DNA of 64,000 nucleotides from NCBI GenBank assembly GCA_907165135.1, contig OU015568.1:8556001-8620000 (forward strand). Reading direction: 5' to 3'. Positions within the stretch are counted from its first letter, which is position 1, and the number at the start of each line of letters is the position of its first letter. The DNA comes from Oikopleura dioica. Taxonomy: Eukaryota; Animalia; Chordata. Below are positions 63,255-64,000 of the stretch, one piece after another. A program made the position numbers and the translations under genes. The notes beneath the pieces were generated by a model. It saw nothing but the letters and a program-made list of their open reading frames with translations, did not search any database and was not told the origin of the DNA.

Positions 63255-64000
63255 ATAAATCGATCCGAAAGCCAATCAATTTTCATTTATTTTCTGTTGA
63301 GTTCGACTCCCAAAACAAGATCTAAAAATTAACCCGTTTCCGCCGCCCTGTGCACGTTAGGCACATCCTCTGATCGAAATTGATCAAATTTAAAAGTTCG
63401 CGACAATTTGCTCGCGAAATTAACAGCTCCCAAAACCGAGTTGCTTCCTTGCTTCCATTCTAGCGCGCCGATAAGAAACACCGAGCAATCAGCCCGGTTT
63501 TGGCACAGACGTAACTGATAAGCGCCACTTTTGCTCGGCGAAAAATATTTTTCAAACAGAAATGGTCATTATTCACCCGGATGGTCTTCTAAATGACGGC
63601 TCCCAGTTCAAGAAAACTTCGATAATAAATATTTTGAATACGAAAGAGCAAGTCTATAAGACGCAATTTCCAAATGATTCTTCGTTTTTTCGCTAAAAAA
63701 CTCTATGAACTAAAAGTTCATTCATTCTTTCTTACCGCTAAAACTCTTGAAATACTGTTGAAATGATGATGAATCTATCATCTAAGATGATCGTTTTTGA
63801 CCACGACGAATAGTTCACAAAACTCAGCGGCAATCTACGGCGAAGGAAAATGACCGGTTATTATTGTTACGAAAGGAGTTAGATTGAATGGACCGGAAGG
63901 CCCCGACGAGCACTTAGAGCACTCGGCCGCAAGAGAATGATGTTACATGCTCTTTTAAAATGTGGAAATGTGGCGAAAAGCTCTTCACAAGCGCAGCAGC

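Noticed and set aside
63560-64000. Possible gene start at the window edge
   Set aside because: Too short and fragmented to support a call.

Overview
This is eukaryotic genomic DNA from a compact chordate genome, most likely the larvacean tunicate Oikopleura dioica or a close relative. That assignment is an inference from a connexin gene, many 35-120 nt introns, GA-AG/GC-AG/GG-AG introns, and co-oriented genes 50-270 nt apart with trans-splice-like acceptors. From left to right the window holds: ~4 kb of non-coding DNA; a 17-kb ERF/ETV3-type ETS repressor gene (minus strand, two probable promoters, long introns rich in ETS sites and nested MITEs); a 7-exon connexin; a secreted helical protein; a Cys-rich (pseudo)gene; two Kazal inhibitors; a hAT-type foldback MITE; a probable six-gene operon (KCTD3/SHKBP1, SART3, FRS2/3-like, mitochondrial J-protein, NDST, EMC3); a TRAF-like RING gene; a trypsin-like protease; a 4-TM protein; a secreted kelch-like protein; and two tandem cytochrome P450s. 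The most interesting signals are a concentration of FGF/ERK-pathway genes (FRS2 and NDST in one putative operon, next to an apparently autoregulated ERF), a J-domain fused to a TMEM70/186/223-like region, and intron gain/loss plus splice-donor turnover visible between the P450 paralogues. All gene models were spliced by hand and no database searches were run.
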